Part shown: positions 18,472-29,196 of the stretch, one piece after another
How positions within the stretch are numbered: the stretch's first letter is position 1
Layout: each line of letters starts with the position of its first letter
From: Promethearchaeota archaeon
Lineage (GTDB): Archaea > Asgardarchaeota > Lokiarchaeia > Sigyniarchaeales > SOKP01
Assembly: GCA_048938855.1 (NCBI GenBank)
Contig: JBHLLT010000002.1
Span: 320,001 to 384,000, forward strand
DNA length: 64,000 nucleotides
Reading direction: 5' to 3'
Program-made: the position numbers and the translations under genes
Notes under the pieces: model-generated
What the model was told of the DNA's origin: nothing
The model's input: the letters and a program-made list of their open reading frames with translations, nothing else
Database searches by the model: none

Positions 18472-20379
18472 ATGGCGAAAATTATAGGTATTGACTTAGG
18501 AACATCAAATTCAGCAGCAGCTGTTTTAATTGGCGGTAACCCAACAATTATTCCAAGTGCCGAAGGACTAACCTTAGGAGGAAAAGCTTTTCCTTCAGTG
18601 GTCGCCTTTACGAAAGATGGACAGAGATTAGTTGGAGAACCGGCACGAAGACAAGCTATATCAAATCCAGACCGTACAATTACAGCAATTAAGAGAAAGA
18701 TGGGGACTTCCTATAAAGTAACAATTGACGGGAAAGAATATTCTCCACAAGAGATTTCTGCCCTGATTCTTAGAAAAATCAAAGAAGATGCTAGTGCATA
18801 TTTAGGAGAAGAAGTTACTGATGCAATTATTACTGTCCCAGCTTATTTTAACGATAATCAAAGACAAGCTACAAAAGACGCGGGAAGGATCGCGGGATTA
18901 AATGTTAAACGTTTAATTAACGAACCCACTGCCGCAGCTGTAGCTTATGGGTTAGACAAAAAAAATATTCGACTAAAAATTGCAGTGTTGGATCTTGGTG
19001 GAGGTACTTTTGATGTCACTATAATGGAAATGGATAATCAAGTTTTTGAAGTGATATCTACTGCAGGTGATACTCAATTAGGAGGGACAGATATGGATAG
19101 GATACTTGTTGACTATATTATTTCAGAATTTCAGAAATCTGAGGGAGTAGATTTAAGGGGAGACTCAATGGCTATGCAAAGAGTAAAAGAAGCAGCAGAA
19201 AAAGCTAAAATTGAATTATCTACATCGATTACCACTGATATAAATTTACCTTATATAACTGCTACTAATGCAGGACCTAAACATCTTAATATGACACTTA
19301 CGAGAGCTAAATTAGAACAATTAATCGATCCTGTGTTGAAGAAATTAGATACTTCAATATTAAAAGCTTTAAAGGATGCAGGTATGGCGCGAGGAGAAAT
19401 CGATAAGATCATTTTAGTCGGAGGACCTACAAGGATGCCTGTAGTTCAAAAGAAATTCGAGGACTTATTAGGTAAAGCTCCAGAACGTAGTATTGATCCA
19501 ATGGAATGTGTTGCTATGGGTGCTGCTATTCAAGGTGGTATATTAACAGGAGAAGTTGAAGATCTTTTATTACTTGATGTAACTCCTTTATCATTAGGAG
19601 TTGAGACTTTAGGTGGAGTTTTTACCAAACTAATTGAAAGAAACACCACAATTCCTACAAAGAAGGCTGAGATTTTCTCAACAGCAGCAGATAATCAACC
19701 AGCAGTAGAAATTCATGTATTACAAGGTGAAAGACCAAGAGCAGCTGATAATATAACATTAGGTAAGTTTCATTTAACAGGTATTCCTCCAGCACCAAGG
19801 GGTATGCCACAGATAGAAGTAACATTTGATATTGATCAGAATGGAATTTTAAATGTTTCAGCGAAAGATAAAGGTACTGGAAAAAGTCAATCAATAACAA
19901 TCACGGCATCCACAAAGATGTCTGATGATGATATCGAACAAAAAATCAGAGAAGCTGAGAGAAATGCTGAAGAGGATAAAAAATTCAAAGAATTAACTGA
20001 GGCAAAAAATCAGGGAGAGTCATTAATTTATCAGACTGAGAAACTTTTAAAAGACAATGAAGCGGTAATTGGCGATTTAAAATCGAATATTCTTAACAAG
20101 ATCTCTGATTTAAGAAGTGCAATGGAATCTGATGATGTGAGTAGAATTAAAACCGCATCAGAAGCATTACAGAACTCATTACACGAAGTCTCATCTCGAA
20201 TGTATGGACAACAACCTGGACAAGGAGCTTACCAAGGTGCACCACCTGGAGGGATGGGGGATGTGCCACCAGGAACCACATATGGATATCAAGGAAAATC
20301 TCAAGATGAAATTGAAGAAGAGAAATTCAGAAAAGCCACAGGTCAAGATGATAATGTAGTCGATGCAGAATATGATTAA
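18472..20379 (+). CDS. dnaK: Hsp70 chaperone DnaK
   Basis: [44 protein letters not shown]. Confidence 0.98.
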   Translation: MAKIIGIDLGTSNSAAAVLIGGNPTIIPSAEGLTLGGKAFPSVVAFTKDGQRLVGEPARRQAISNPDRTITAIKRKMGTSYKVTIDGKEYSPQEISALILRKIKEDASAYLGEEVTDAIITVPAYFNDNQRQATKDAGRIAGLNVKRLINEPTAAAVAYGLDKKNIRLKIAVLDLGGGTFDVTIMEMDNQVFEVISTAGDTQLGGTDMDRILVDYIISEFQKSEGVDLRGDSMAMQRVKEAAEKAKIELSTSITTDINLPYITATNAGPKHLNMTLTRAKLEQLIDPVLKKLDTSILKALKDAGMARGEIDKIILVGGPTRMPVVQKKFEDLLGKAPERSIDPMECVAMGAAIQGGILTGEVEDLLLLDVTPLSLGVETLGGVFTKLIERNTTIPTKKAEIFSTAADNQPAVEIHVLQGERPRAADNITLGKFHLTGIPPAPRGMPQIEVTFDIDQNGILNVSAKDKGTGKSQSITITASTKMSDDDIEQKIREAERNAEEDKKFKELTEAKNQGESLIYQTEKLLKDNEAVIGDLKSNILNKISDLRSAMESDDVSRIKTASEALQNSLHEVSSRMYGQQPGQGAYQGAPPGGMGDVPPGTTYGYQGKSQDEIEEEKFRKATGQDDNVVDAEYD

Positions 20380-20410
20380 TTTTTTTTTTTTTTAAATTAA
20401 TTTTTTTTAT
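20380..20410 (+). terminator. oligo-T tract (archaeal-type terminator) after dnaK
   Basis: Long T runs directly after the stop codon. Confidence 0.5.
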
Positions 20411-20452
20411 TCTTTACTTAAAGATTATTATTACATAAAGGGGTTGTAAAAT

Positions 20453-21463
20453 ATGGCAAAAGATTATTATCAAAGTTTAGGAATTAACAAAGGAGCTTCA
20501 AAAGAAGAAATTAAAAGAGCATTTCGTAAAATGGCTCGTAAATATCATCCTGATGTAAATCCAGATGAACCAAAATCAGGAGAAAAATTTAAGGAAATAA
20601 ACGAAGCGTATAGTATTTTAAGTGATGATAAAAAGAGAGAAATGTATGATAAATTTGGTGTTGTAGAAGGAGACTCTTCCACATATCAGAATTGGGGAGG
20701 TGCTCCAGGAGGCGCCAGAGTTCATAGAAGTCCAGATGGTACAACCTATTATTATTCCAGTTCAGGTTCTCCAGGAGGGTTCGATTTCGGCGATATTTTT
20801 GGAAATCGAAATAATTCTAGGAATGGTTCTGGGGGATTTGACTTTTTTAATGATTTGGGAGATATATTTGACGTATTTAATAAAAGAGGGGGAGGTAGCA
20901 CACGAGCGAGATCTCCCAATTTTAATAATCTCCCGAGAGAAGGAGACGATTTAAGATATGATATGGAAATAGATTTTATGGATGCGTTTTATGGAGGGAA
21001 GAAAAAAGTTCAATATAAAGATCCCACTACTGGTCAAATGAAGACTCTAAATGTAAATATTCCAAGAGGAATTAAGGATGACCAAAAATTACGTCTAAAG
21101 GGGAAAGGCATGTCAGGAGAAAATGGAGGGGTTCCTGGAGATCTATATATAGCAATACATATAAGAAAGCATCCAAAATTTGAAAGAAGGGATGATGATA
21201 TTTATATAGAACAAGAAGTTCCTTATACAACTGCTACACTCGGTGGAAAAATTCAAGTACAAGGGATTGAAAAAATATTGAATGTAAATGTTCCCGCGGG
21301 AACAAATGATTCATCATTATTAAGATTAAAAAATCAAGGATTTTATAAAATTAATTCAGATCAAAGAGGAAATTTATTAGTTAAAATCAAAATTAAAATT
21401 CCTGGTAAATTGAACAAGAATCAAAAAAATTTATTAGAAAAATTACAAACTGTGGGTTTATAA
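20453..21463 (+). CDS. dnaJ: class B J-domain protein (DnaJ without zinc finger)
   Basis: J domain with HPD, G/F-rich linker, C-terminal domains; no CxxCxGxG repeats. Confidence 0.93.
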   Translation: MAKDYYQSLGINKGASKEEIKRAFRKMARKYHPDVNPDEPKSGEKFKEINEAYSILSDDKKREMYDKFGVVEGDSSTYQNWGGAPGGARVHRSPDGTTYYYSSSGSPGGFDFGDIFGNRNNSRNGSGGFDFFNDLGDIFDVFNKRGGGSTRARSPNFNNLPREGDDLRYDMEIDFMDAFYGGKKKVQYKDPTTGQMKTLNVNIPRGIKDDQKLRLKGKGMSGENGGVPGDLYIAIHIRKHPKFERRDDDIYIEQEVPYTTATLGGKIQVQGIEKILNVNVPAGTNDSSLLRLKNQGFYKINSDQRGNLLVKIKIKIPGKLNKNQKNLLEKLQTVGL

Positions 21464-21579
21464 ATAAATATGGAGAAATTGCATAAAATAGAAAATCAAG
21501 AACTTGAGGGGAATGAAGAATTGGTCTCCATATGATTTATTATTTGTAAAAAAAAATAAGTTAATGAGGATATTAGAAA

Positions 21580-22479
21580 ATGGTAGTAAAAACACAAAGT
21601 AATGAATATGCAAATTTATGCCCAGAATGTGGGGGTTCAGTGATTACATTAATTAATACTGGAGATGTAGTATGTAATCAATGTGGATTAGTGATTAATG
21701 AAAAAAGTGTTGATTTCTCACATAATGGTAGGAGAGCATATACTAATCAAGAAAAAACAAATAGAGAGCAAACGGGGGCTCCAGTTTCTATATTACTACC
21801 TGACATGGGGTTAAGTACAGTTATAGATAAAAGTAAAATTAGCAATCCTGATTTAAAAAGGGCTGCTAAATGGAATACACGCATAACATGGCAGAAAAGA
21901 AATTTATTGATTGCCTCTACAGAATTAAAAAGAATTAGCACTATTTTAAACTTACCCAATTATGTAAAAGAAGATGCTATGCGTCTTTATATCGAAGCTT
22001 TTAAAAAGAAATTGTTAAGAGGAAGATCAATTAACGCTATGGTTGCGGCGTGTTTATATCTCGCATGTAGGAGGAAAAAACTTCCTAGGACTCTACAAGA
22101 AATTTTAAATGAAGCATCAGTAAATGCTAAAGACGTCAGAAGATGTTATACCACATTAGTTAGAGAAATGAAATTAAATCCGCCATCTACGGATCCAATA
22201 TCCCTTATTCCAAAATATATGACAGATTTAGGGTTAAATTCAGATATTGAACAACTAACAACTAAAATTCTTAATGCTTATAGAGGCAAATTCTCTATTA
22301 GTGGTAAAGATCCAAAAGGTTTATGTGCCGGAGCAATATATTTAGCCTGTCGACTTAAAAATAAGGAAATTACCCAACAACAAATTGTACAAGCGATTGG
22401 AGTTACCGAAGTTACACTTCGCTCACGATACAAAGAATTAAAAATTAAATTGAACGTTAAAGTGCCAATGAAAATTTAG
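21580..22479 (+). CDS. tfb: transcription initiation factor IIB
   Basis: CPECG...CNQCG zinc ribbon, LLRGRSI, RTLQEI, GKDPKGLCAGAIY, GVTEVTLRSRYKEL. Confidence 0.95.
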   Translation: MVVKTQSNEYANLCPECGGSVITLINTGDVVCNQCGLVINEKSVDFSHNGRRAYTNQEKTNREQTGAPVSILLPDMGLSTVIDKSKISNPDLKRAAKWNTRITWQKRNLLIASTELKRISTILNLPNYVKEDAMRLYIEAFKKKLLRGRSINAMVAACLYLACRRKKLPRTLQEILNEASVNAKDVRRCYTTLVREMKLNPPSTDPISLIPKYMTDLGLNSDIEQLTTKILNAYRGKFSISGKDPKGLCAGAIYLACRLKNKEITQQQIVQAIGVTEVTLRSRYKELKIKLNVKVPMKI

Positions 22480-22579
22480 AATTTAGTTTAAGTTTGAATA
22501 TAATAAAACTCTATTCTTTTTTTTAAAATTAAATTTAAATATATTTTGTCATCTTTATTAATATTACAATAGATTTTAT

Positions 22580-23569
22580 TTGATACATATGGTATCTTAT
22601 AAAGAGTTGGGTTTATCCAATACAAAACGAATGTTTGAAGTTGCCTTAGAAAGAAAATTTGCGATTCCAGGTTATAATTTCAGCAATTTAGAACAATTAC
22701 AAGCGATAATCATCGGTTGCGGAGAGAGTAAATCACCAGTTATACTTCAAAATAGCCCTAGTGCTGGAAAGTATGCGAATCCTATTATGGTCCGATATAT
22801 GGCTCAAGGAGCTGTAGAATTGGCAAAAAATTTAGACTATGATATTCCAATAGCTCTGCATTTAGATCATGGAAATTCTTTTGAGTTGTCAAAAAATTGT
22901 ATAGATAATGGATTTTCAAGCGTTATGTTTGATGGAAGTCATCTTAAATATGATGAAAATGTAAGTATCACAAAGAAAATTGTTCAATATGCTCATGAAA
23001 AAGATATAACTGTAGAAGCTGAATTAGGAGTCATTGCGGGCGTTGAAGATCATGTTAAGTCAACTAAACAATACTATACTGACCCAGAACAAGTTGAAGA
23101 TTTTGTAACCAAGACAAATTGTGATTCTTTAGCCATTGCTATCGGTACATCACATGGAGCTTATAAATTCAAAGTTGAAAAGGAGGACGACATACCTGAA
23201 TTACGTTTTGATATACTTGAAGAGGTAAGAGAACGATTAGGCAAATTTCCAATAGTATTACATGGTTCATCCTCTATTCCTAAGAAATATGTAAAGATTA
23301 TTAATGATTACGGTGGAAAAGTAGAGAAAGCGTTTGGAATTCCTGAGGTTCAACTTAAAAAAGCAACTCAGTATGGAGTATGTAAAATAAATATTGCAAC
23401 TGATTTCAGAATTGTATTTACCGCTATAATACGAAAATATTTAGTTGAACATCCAGATCATATTGGTCCAAGGCAATATTTGGGTTTAGCGCGTCAAGAG
23501 TCAATTGAAATGATTAAACAAAGAAATACAGAAGTACTTGGTTCTGCCAACCAAGCTCGATTCATTTAA
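22580..23569 (+). CDS. fba: class II fructose-bisphosphate aldolase
   Basis: ALHLDHG, SSVMFDGS, VEAELG, AIGTSHGAYK, VLHGSS, KINIATD. Confidence 0.93.
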   Translation: MIHMVSYKELGLSNTKRMFEVALERKFAIPGYNFSNLEQLQAIIIGCGESKSPVILQNSPSAGKYANPIMVRYMAQGAVELAKNLDYDIPIALHLDHGNSFELSKNCIDNGFSSVMFDGSHLKYDENVSITKKIVQYAHEKDITVEAELGVIAGVEDHVKSTKQYYTDPEQVEDFVTKTNCDSLAIAIGTSHGAYKFKVEKEDDIPELRFDILEEVRERLGKFPIVLHGSSSIPKKYVKIINDYGGKVEKAFGIPEVQLKKATQYGVCKINIATDFRIVFTAIIRKYLVEHPDHIGPRQYLGLARQESIEMIKQRNTEVLGSANQARFI

Positions 23570-23735
23570 ACCATTTATATTTAAATTAAAACAACTTCAT
23601 ATAGTCAAAGATTATACAGTTTCATTTAACCTAAATCAATCACTTTTAAAAATGTGAATTATATAATGGAATTCCAAATTCTTTATCATCTGTATGAGGG
23701 TTGATATTCAGTTTTTTTGAGTATTTAAGAATTAT

Positions 23736-24680
23736 CTATATAGTAGATTTGAATTGTGGAAAAAGCAATAATGCATTTTTCCTCTCAATATCTAAGAATT
23801 TTTGTTTATCAACCATACTGTAGTTTACAATTTCTCGAATCATTTTTTTTACAGCAATTTCATGAACGAATGGAAAATCACTCCCAAAGAGGATATGGGA
23901 ATGATCTACTAATTCCATCAAAGAATGAAAAACATTCCTTGTAGCTGACAGTGCTGTACCATAGTAAAGATTTTTAAATTGTTTAATTAATTTCTTGTTT
24001 CCAAAGGAAATCCTCCATGCAATATAAGGTGCTGTTCCTCCGGCATGTGCGAAAATAAATTTGATATTAGGATACCTTTTAAAAATACCATGATGCATGA
24101 GATTTGCTATTGCTCGTGTTGTATCAAAAACAAATTCTAAAATAGCGGAAGGAAAATTAAGATTAGGTAAATTCTCTTCGGGGGGAATATCTGGATGGAT
24201 GAAAACTGTTGTATTTCGCTGATTAAGTTCAAAAAAAAGATTTTCAAATTCTGGATCGCCGATATATTTACCTTTATAATTGGTTAACATTCCCACACCA
24301 TTTAATTCTAATATATCCAATGCGTACTCTAATTCAAGCAGTGATGCTTTAATACCAGGAAGAGGCAAAATAGCAAATCCTCCAAAACGTTTTGGATAGT
24401 GACTTATTAAATTAGCAGAAAATTCATTACAAAGACGTGCGAGTTTTTTTGTGAATTTGAGATCTCCAAAATAAATTCCTGGAGAAGATATTGAGGTTAT
24501 AGCTGTTGCAATGCTTTGTCGATCCATAAACTCAAGGCTATATTCTGGATCCCATTTTGGGAAAGGTGCATTAGTAACAGTAGTAATACCAATCTTTGCT
24601 AATAATGATAGATAGTTAGGAGGGAGAATATGATGATGAATATCAATTCGATGTGGTTTAGTTATCAAATTTAAACTCAC
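23736..24680 (-). CDS. amidohydrolase_2-family decarboxylase/hydrolase
   Basis: IDIHHH, VFIHP, FDTTRA, AHAGG, FGSDFPF. Confidence 0.88.
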   Translation of the reverse strand: MSLNLITKPHRIDIHHHILPPNYLSLLAKIGITTVTNAPFPKWDPEYSLEFMDRQSIATAITSISSPGIYFGDLKFTKKLARLCNEFSANLISHYPKRFGGFAILPLPGIKASLLELEYALDILELNGVGMLTNYKGKYIGDPEFENLFFELNQRNTTVFIHPDIPPEENLPNLNFPSAILEFVFDTTRAIANLMHHGIFKRYPNIKFIFAHAGGTAPYIAWRISFGNKKLIKQFKNLYYGTALSATRNVFHSLMELVDHSHILFGSDFPFVHEIAVKKMIREIVNYSMVDKQKFLDIERKNALLLFPQFKSTI

Positions 24681-24719
24681 TTTTATGAGATTGGTAATAT
24701 TTAGGCTTTCAAATTTAAT

Positions 24720-25001
24720 TTACCCTTTTTCAATGACTATTCCTGTACCACCTTTAGGATATTGAAATATAATTGCACCAGCATCACAAACTTGGTAACA
24801 AGCAGCACATTCTAAACATTTTGATTGATAATCTTCACTAATATAGATTTTTCCTTCTTTTTTGCGCCATAAACTCATAACACATATAATTAAACAACGT
24901 CCACAATTATTACATTTATTAAAATCTATTGAAATAAAGTTACCTGTACCTGGAATTCGTTTGGTTAATCCTTCTAGTTCTATATTCATTTTTTTAAACA
25001 C
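24720..25001 (-). CDS. FixX-like ferredoxin
   Basis: CNNCGRCLIIC, CLECAACYQVC and FQYPKGGTG; overlaps the end of the upstream flavoprotein gene. Confidence 0.85.
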   Translation of the reverse strand: MFKKMNIELEGLTKRIPGTGNFISIDFNKCNNCGRCLIICVMSLWRKKEGKIYISEDYQSKCLECAACYQVCDAGAIIFQYPKGGTGIVIEKG

Positions 25002-26394
25002 CTCTCTTCTTCTTTTTCTGTGGCAGTAAATCTAAAAGTTTAGGTAAAGCTTTCATAATCTTCTTCGGATCCATTAATTTATCTAAATCATCTTCAAAAA
25101 CCTTGGTCAATAAAGGAATTACGTATGCCATTATAAATGGCGTTGCTTTAGGCAAATATGATCTTATGTGCCCTATAATTTGACGTACTCTTAAAGCATG
25201 AGGTTGTGACCAATCAAATATTCCTCCAATGATTTCCATTATCATTGGTACAAACCATGACATAGTTTCTTTTGGGCTAAATGGCAAAGCTTTCCATATA
25301 TTCCATAATTCAAAACCCGCCTCAAACTCTTTTCCAATACTAGTTTTTTGCCATTTTTCATCAAATTTATTAAGGTTTACCCTCGACACATCTCCATAAG
25401 GTATTACATTAGATGCGACCTCTGCCGCTATTTTTCCTGTTACCATAGCAGGATATATCCCTTCTGCTTCGAGTGGACATGGAAACCCACCAGCATCACC
25501 AATCAATATAACTCCATCGGTATGAGTATTATGAGGATAATCTAACCAAGGAAGAAGGTGTGCTTGAAGCTCACGTGGTTTTGCATTAAGTATTTTTAAC
25601 AATCTTTGATAATATTTGAGATTAACAACACGATTTAAATAATATAATGGATTTTTATCCCACCAATTCATCCAGTTGCCCAATCCCTGATGAAAACCAT
25701 CGTTAAAAAAAACTTGATATGATGCAGGAAAGGTTGATCCCCACCATATACCTAATGTCTCATCACCCATAATATCATCAATTCTTTCTGAAGGCGCTTG
25801 AAAATCATACTGTGGTACTAATGTAACTTGATTTTGTGGCCATTTTGTTCTTAATCCAGATTTTTGTGCTACAATCGATATAACACCATCTGCCCCAATG
25901 ACAATTGGAGCCCTATATTTATCTCCTTTTTCATCAATAACACCACACACATTGCCATTTTCTTTTAATAAATCGACAATTAAAGTTGAAGTCTTTAACT
26001 CAGCACCAGCTTCAATAGCAAATTGAGCAATCCAAGGATCAAACTCGCTACGATATATATTCATAGTAATCCATGATTTTGCGGGTTCATATGAAACAGA
26101 TTCTGTCGGTCGAGCCATAATATAACCTGCCACAATGTCATCTTCATTTATAAAGTAATTACGAGAGGCAGTTCCTGCTCGCATAGAAGGACATTTATCA
26201 GGAGTTAAACTTTTCATCATCTTAGGAAAATCTCTGAACATTCGGGGTCCTAATCCACATCCTGAAGAATTTTTTTGACCTGGTTTACCACTACGTTCAA
26301 AAAAAATAGTCTTTAAACCATTTTCTGCTGCTGTTTTAGCTGCGACAGAACCTCCGGGTCCAGCACCCACTATTATAAGATCATAATTTTTCAT
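24994..26394 (-). CDS. FixC/GGR-like FAD-dependent oxidoreductase
   Basis: GAGPGG, PGQKNSSG, RSEFDPW, GADG, GDAGG...EGI. Confidence 0.85.
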   Translation of the reverse strand: MKNYDLIIVGAGPGGSVAAKTAAENGLKTIFFERSGKPGQKNSSGCGLGPRMFRDFPKMMKSLTPDKCPSMRAGTASRNYFINEDDIVAGYIMARPTESVSYEPAKSWITMNIYRSEFDPWIAQFAIEAGAELKTSTLIVDLLKENGNVCGVIDEKGDKYRAPIVIGADGVISIVAQKSGLRTKWPQNQVTLVPQYDFQAPSERIDDIMGDETLGIWWGSTFPASYQVFFNDGFHQGLGNWMNWWDKNPLYYLNRVVNLKYYQRLLKILNAKPRELQAHLLPWLDYPHNTHTDGVILIGDAGGFPCPLEAEGIYPAMVTGKIAAEVASNVIPYGDVSRVNLNKFDEKWQKTSIGKEFEAGFELWNIWKALPFSPKETMSWFVPMIMEIIGGIFDWSQPHALRVRQIIGHIRSYLPKATPFIMAYVIPLLTKVFEDDLDKLMDPKKIMKALPKLLDLLPQKKKKRGV

Positions 26395-26542
26395 TAGAAT
26401 TCCCTTTTACTTGCTCTTTCATTAAATATAATTGTTTAATAATACTTATCTATTAAATAAAGTTTTATTTTTTTGAATGAAAATATCTTAATAGATGCTA
26501 ATATTTTAAAAAGAAAGGAACATCTTAATTTTCTTATCAAGT

Positions 26543-28003
26543 ATGAGCGAAGAACAAATTTATACCGAATTAATTAAAATTTGCGGTTCAAAAAATATTT
26601 CAAACGATTCTAATTTACTTAAAAAATACTCAGAAGATTTAAGCATCTTTCCCAAAAATGAACCAAAATATATCATCTGGCCTGAGAATAGAAAGCAAAT
26701 TCAACAAATATTGAGATTAGCGAATACTTTTAAATTTGCAATTGTTCCAGTTAGCTCTCCAACAGGGCCTAGGCACCATGGTGATACAATACCACGTAAT
26801 AACAATACAATTATATTAAACCTTTCCAAATTGAATAAAATAATTAGTATTGATAAGAAAAATAGAGTAGTTATGATTGAACCGGGAGTTACCTTTGCTG
26901 ATTTAATCCCACTCTTACGGAAGAGAGGTTTAAAGCTATTAATGCCGTTATTCCCACGAGCCTCAAAGTCTGTTCTTACTTCGGCACTCGAGCGTGAACC
27001 TATTACAATCCCTCGATATATGTGGGATAGTTCAGATCCATTATTATGTACTGAAGTTTTCTTTGGAAATGGTGAAATGTTTAGAACAGGAACAGCAGCA
27101 GGTCCAGGTAGTATTAAACAACAAAAAAAATCAGGACAAGCACAAGTAAATCCGATGGGACCTACTCAATTTAGTCCATTCAGGGTTATACAAGGAGCAC
27201 AAGGGAGTATTGGAATAGTTACATGGGTAACGCTAAAATTAGAATTGCTTCCCTCAGCGCATAAGATTTATCATTTACAATCAGAAAACATTGAACAACT
27301 CTTAGAGTTTCAACATGAATTATTAAAATATCGTTTATGTGATGAATTACTCATTTTGAATAATCTTAACTTAGCCTGTTTAATTGAAGAAGATCCAAAC
27401 AATATTTTAGAATTAGCTAAGGAAATGCTTGAATGGAATTTAATATTTGTTATCTCTGGAAAAGGGACATTAGCAAATGATAGAATAACATATTTAGAAG
27501 GCGACATTCATGATATTAGTAAGGAAAAAAAGCTCACACTAACAGAAAGTAGCTTAATACCCGAAAATGATATCTTACGCTTTTTATATCAAGCTAATAA
27601 AAATCCATGGAGGTTACGATTGAGCGGAGGATATCAAGATATCTTTTTTATTTCTAACTATGAAAAGATTCCGAATTTCATTGAATTAGTCAAGAAGCAA
27701 ATCTCAAACAATTTGGGAATATATATTCAAGCAATTAATCAAGGAACATCTTATCACTGTGAATTTGACATATTTTATAATCCCAAAAATGAAAGAGAAA
27801 CATTAGATGTTAAAAATAAATTTATAGAGACTAGTACTAATTTGATGGATTCAGGAGCTTTTTTTAATCGTCCATATGGTCTTTGGGCTAAAGAGGTTTA
27901 TAAGAGACATGAAAATTCGACACAGAAAGCATTAAAAAAAATTAAACAGATTTTTGATCCTAATAATGTATTAAACCCTGGCGTATTATGTTTTGATGAT
28001 TAA
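26543..28003 (+). CDS. FAD-binding oxidoreductase (VAO/PCMH, GlcD-like)
   Basis: WPENRKQIQ, IEPGVTF, GAQGSIGIVT, KQIFDPNNVLNPG. Confidence 0.88.
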   Translation: MSEEQIYTELIKICGSKNISNDSNLLKKYSEDLSIFPKNEPKYIIWPENRKQIQQILRLANTFKFAIVPVSSPTGPRHHGDTIPRNNNTIILNLSKLNKIISIDKKNRVVMIEPGVTFADLIPLLRKRGLKLLMPLFPRASKSVLTSALEREPITIPRYMWDSSDPLLCTEVFFGNGEMFRTGTAAGPGSIKQQKKSGQAQVNPMGPTQFSPFRVIQGAQGSIGIVTWVTLKLELLPSAHKIYHLQSENIEQLLEFQHELLKYRLCDELLILNNLNLACLIEEDPNNILELAKEMLEWNLIFVISGKGTLANDRITYLEGDIHDISKEKKLTLTESSLIPENDILRFLYQANKNPWRLRLSGGYQDIFFISNYEKIPNFIELVKKQISNNLGIYIQAINQGTSYHCEFDIFYNPKNERETLDVKNKFIETSTNLMDSGAFFNRPYGLWAKEVYKRHENSTQKALKKIKQIFDPNNVLNPGVLCFDD

Positions 28004-28146
28004 AGTTATTTTGAATTGATCAAAAAACATAATTTTGAATAAATTGGAAGGATTTAAGACTCTTTTTCGATTTCATAAATATTAAATATTTCTATTTTTA
28101 TTATAGGTGAGAATAATAATTTCAAAATCAAGTAATTGAATGAGTA

Positions 28147-29034
28147 ATGATGAAACCACTAGTATTTTTAGTTGAAGATGATGAAGTTCTTGTAAAAAAT
28201 TTTAAGATCTTCTTAGAAATGAATGATTATGATTTTATATCCGCTCTAAACGGAAAACAGGGGCTAGAAATTCTCTCAAATCTCGAGAATCCACCCGATA
28301 TTATAATTTCAGATATTCTAATGCCGATCTTAGATGGATACGATTTCTATATGAAAGTTTCAGAAAAAGCTGAGTGGTCAAGAATTCCTTTTTTCTTTCT
28401 CTCAGGAAAAACCCAACCTGATGATGTGAGATTTGGAAAAATGCTTGGCGCTGATGATTACATCACTAAACCATTTAGTCCAATGGCATTATTAGAAAAA
28501 ATCTCAAAAAAAATCAAAGAGAGTAGAGAAATTAAAAAAAGCTCGAAAATACTTGAGGAAAAGCTAAAAGACATTTTAAAGTATGAAGAACCTTCTCTAG
28601 GAACTCTTAGTAAAGCAGATTTTTACTATATATTTCATATGAGCTGGGATGATGAAAAGGGGCCAATCATCTTAGATTATTTCCCTAAAAACCTAATTCC
28701 ATCACTTAATCTTGAAGAACTTACAACTCAATTGTATTCTACTTTAATAAAAATATATGAGTTTGAACAAGTGCTTGAAAAAAATCAATTTATTATGAGA
28801 ATCGTAAAAGATTTAATTGATGCTTATGGCTTAATTGATAAAATTGAAGAAAATTCAGTTATCGCTCCTAAAAGTGGAAAAGGAACATTTATGGTTTGTG
28901 CTATAACTCCAAATTTTCATTATCTAAATTCTGAAAGAATTAGAGATATCTTAAAGAAGATCGCGTTTAATATAAAAGCAAAAAGAGATTGGAATATTAA
29001 AGAATATTGGGAAAAACTTTCTCAAATTGTTTAA
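28147..29034 (+). CDS. response regulator: REC domain plus putative longin/uDENN-like output domain
   Basis: REC motifs LVEDD, ISDILMP, FLS, TKPF; C-terminal YIFHMSWDDEKGPIILDYFP. Confidence 0.85.
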   Translation: MMKPLVFLVEDDEVLVKNFKIFLEMNDYDFISALNGKQGLEILSNLENPPDIIISDILMPILDGYDFYMKVSEKAEWSRIPFFFLSGKTQPDDVRFGKMLGADDYITKPFSPMALLEKISKKIKESREIKKSSKILEEKLKDILKYEEPSLGTLSKADFYYIFHMSWDDEKGPIILDYFPKNLIPSLNLEELTTQLYSTLIKIYEFEQVLEKNQFIMRIVKDLIDAYGLIDKIEENSVIAPKSGKGTFMVCAITPNFHYLNSERIRDILKKIAFNIKAKRDWNIKEYWEKLSQIV

Positions 29035-29196
29035 AGCTTTCTTTATGATCAAACTTTTTTTATTTAACTTATTTCAATATTTAAACTAAAAGGTACAATT
29101 TCTTAATAGATATCATTTTATGTGATTCATCACTGTTGAATTAAAAGATTTAGTTTTCGTCCGCAATATATTATAAAAAGGGGATTTTATACTTTA

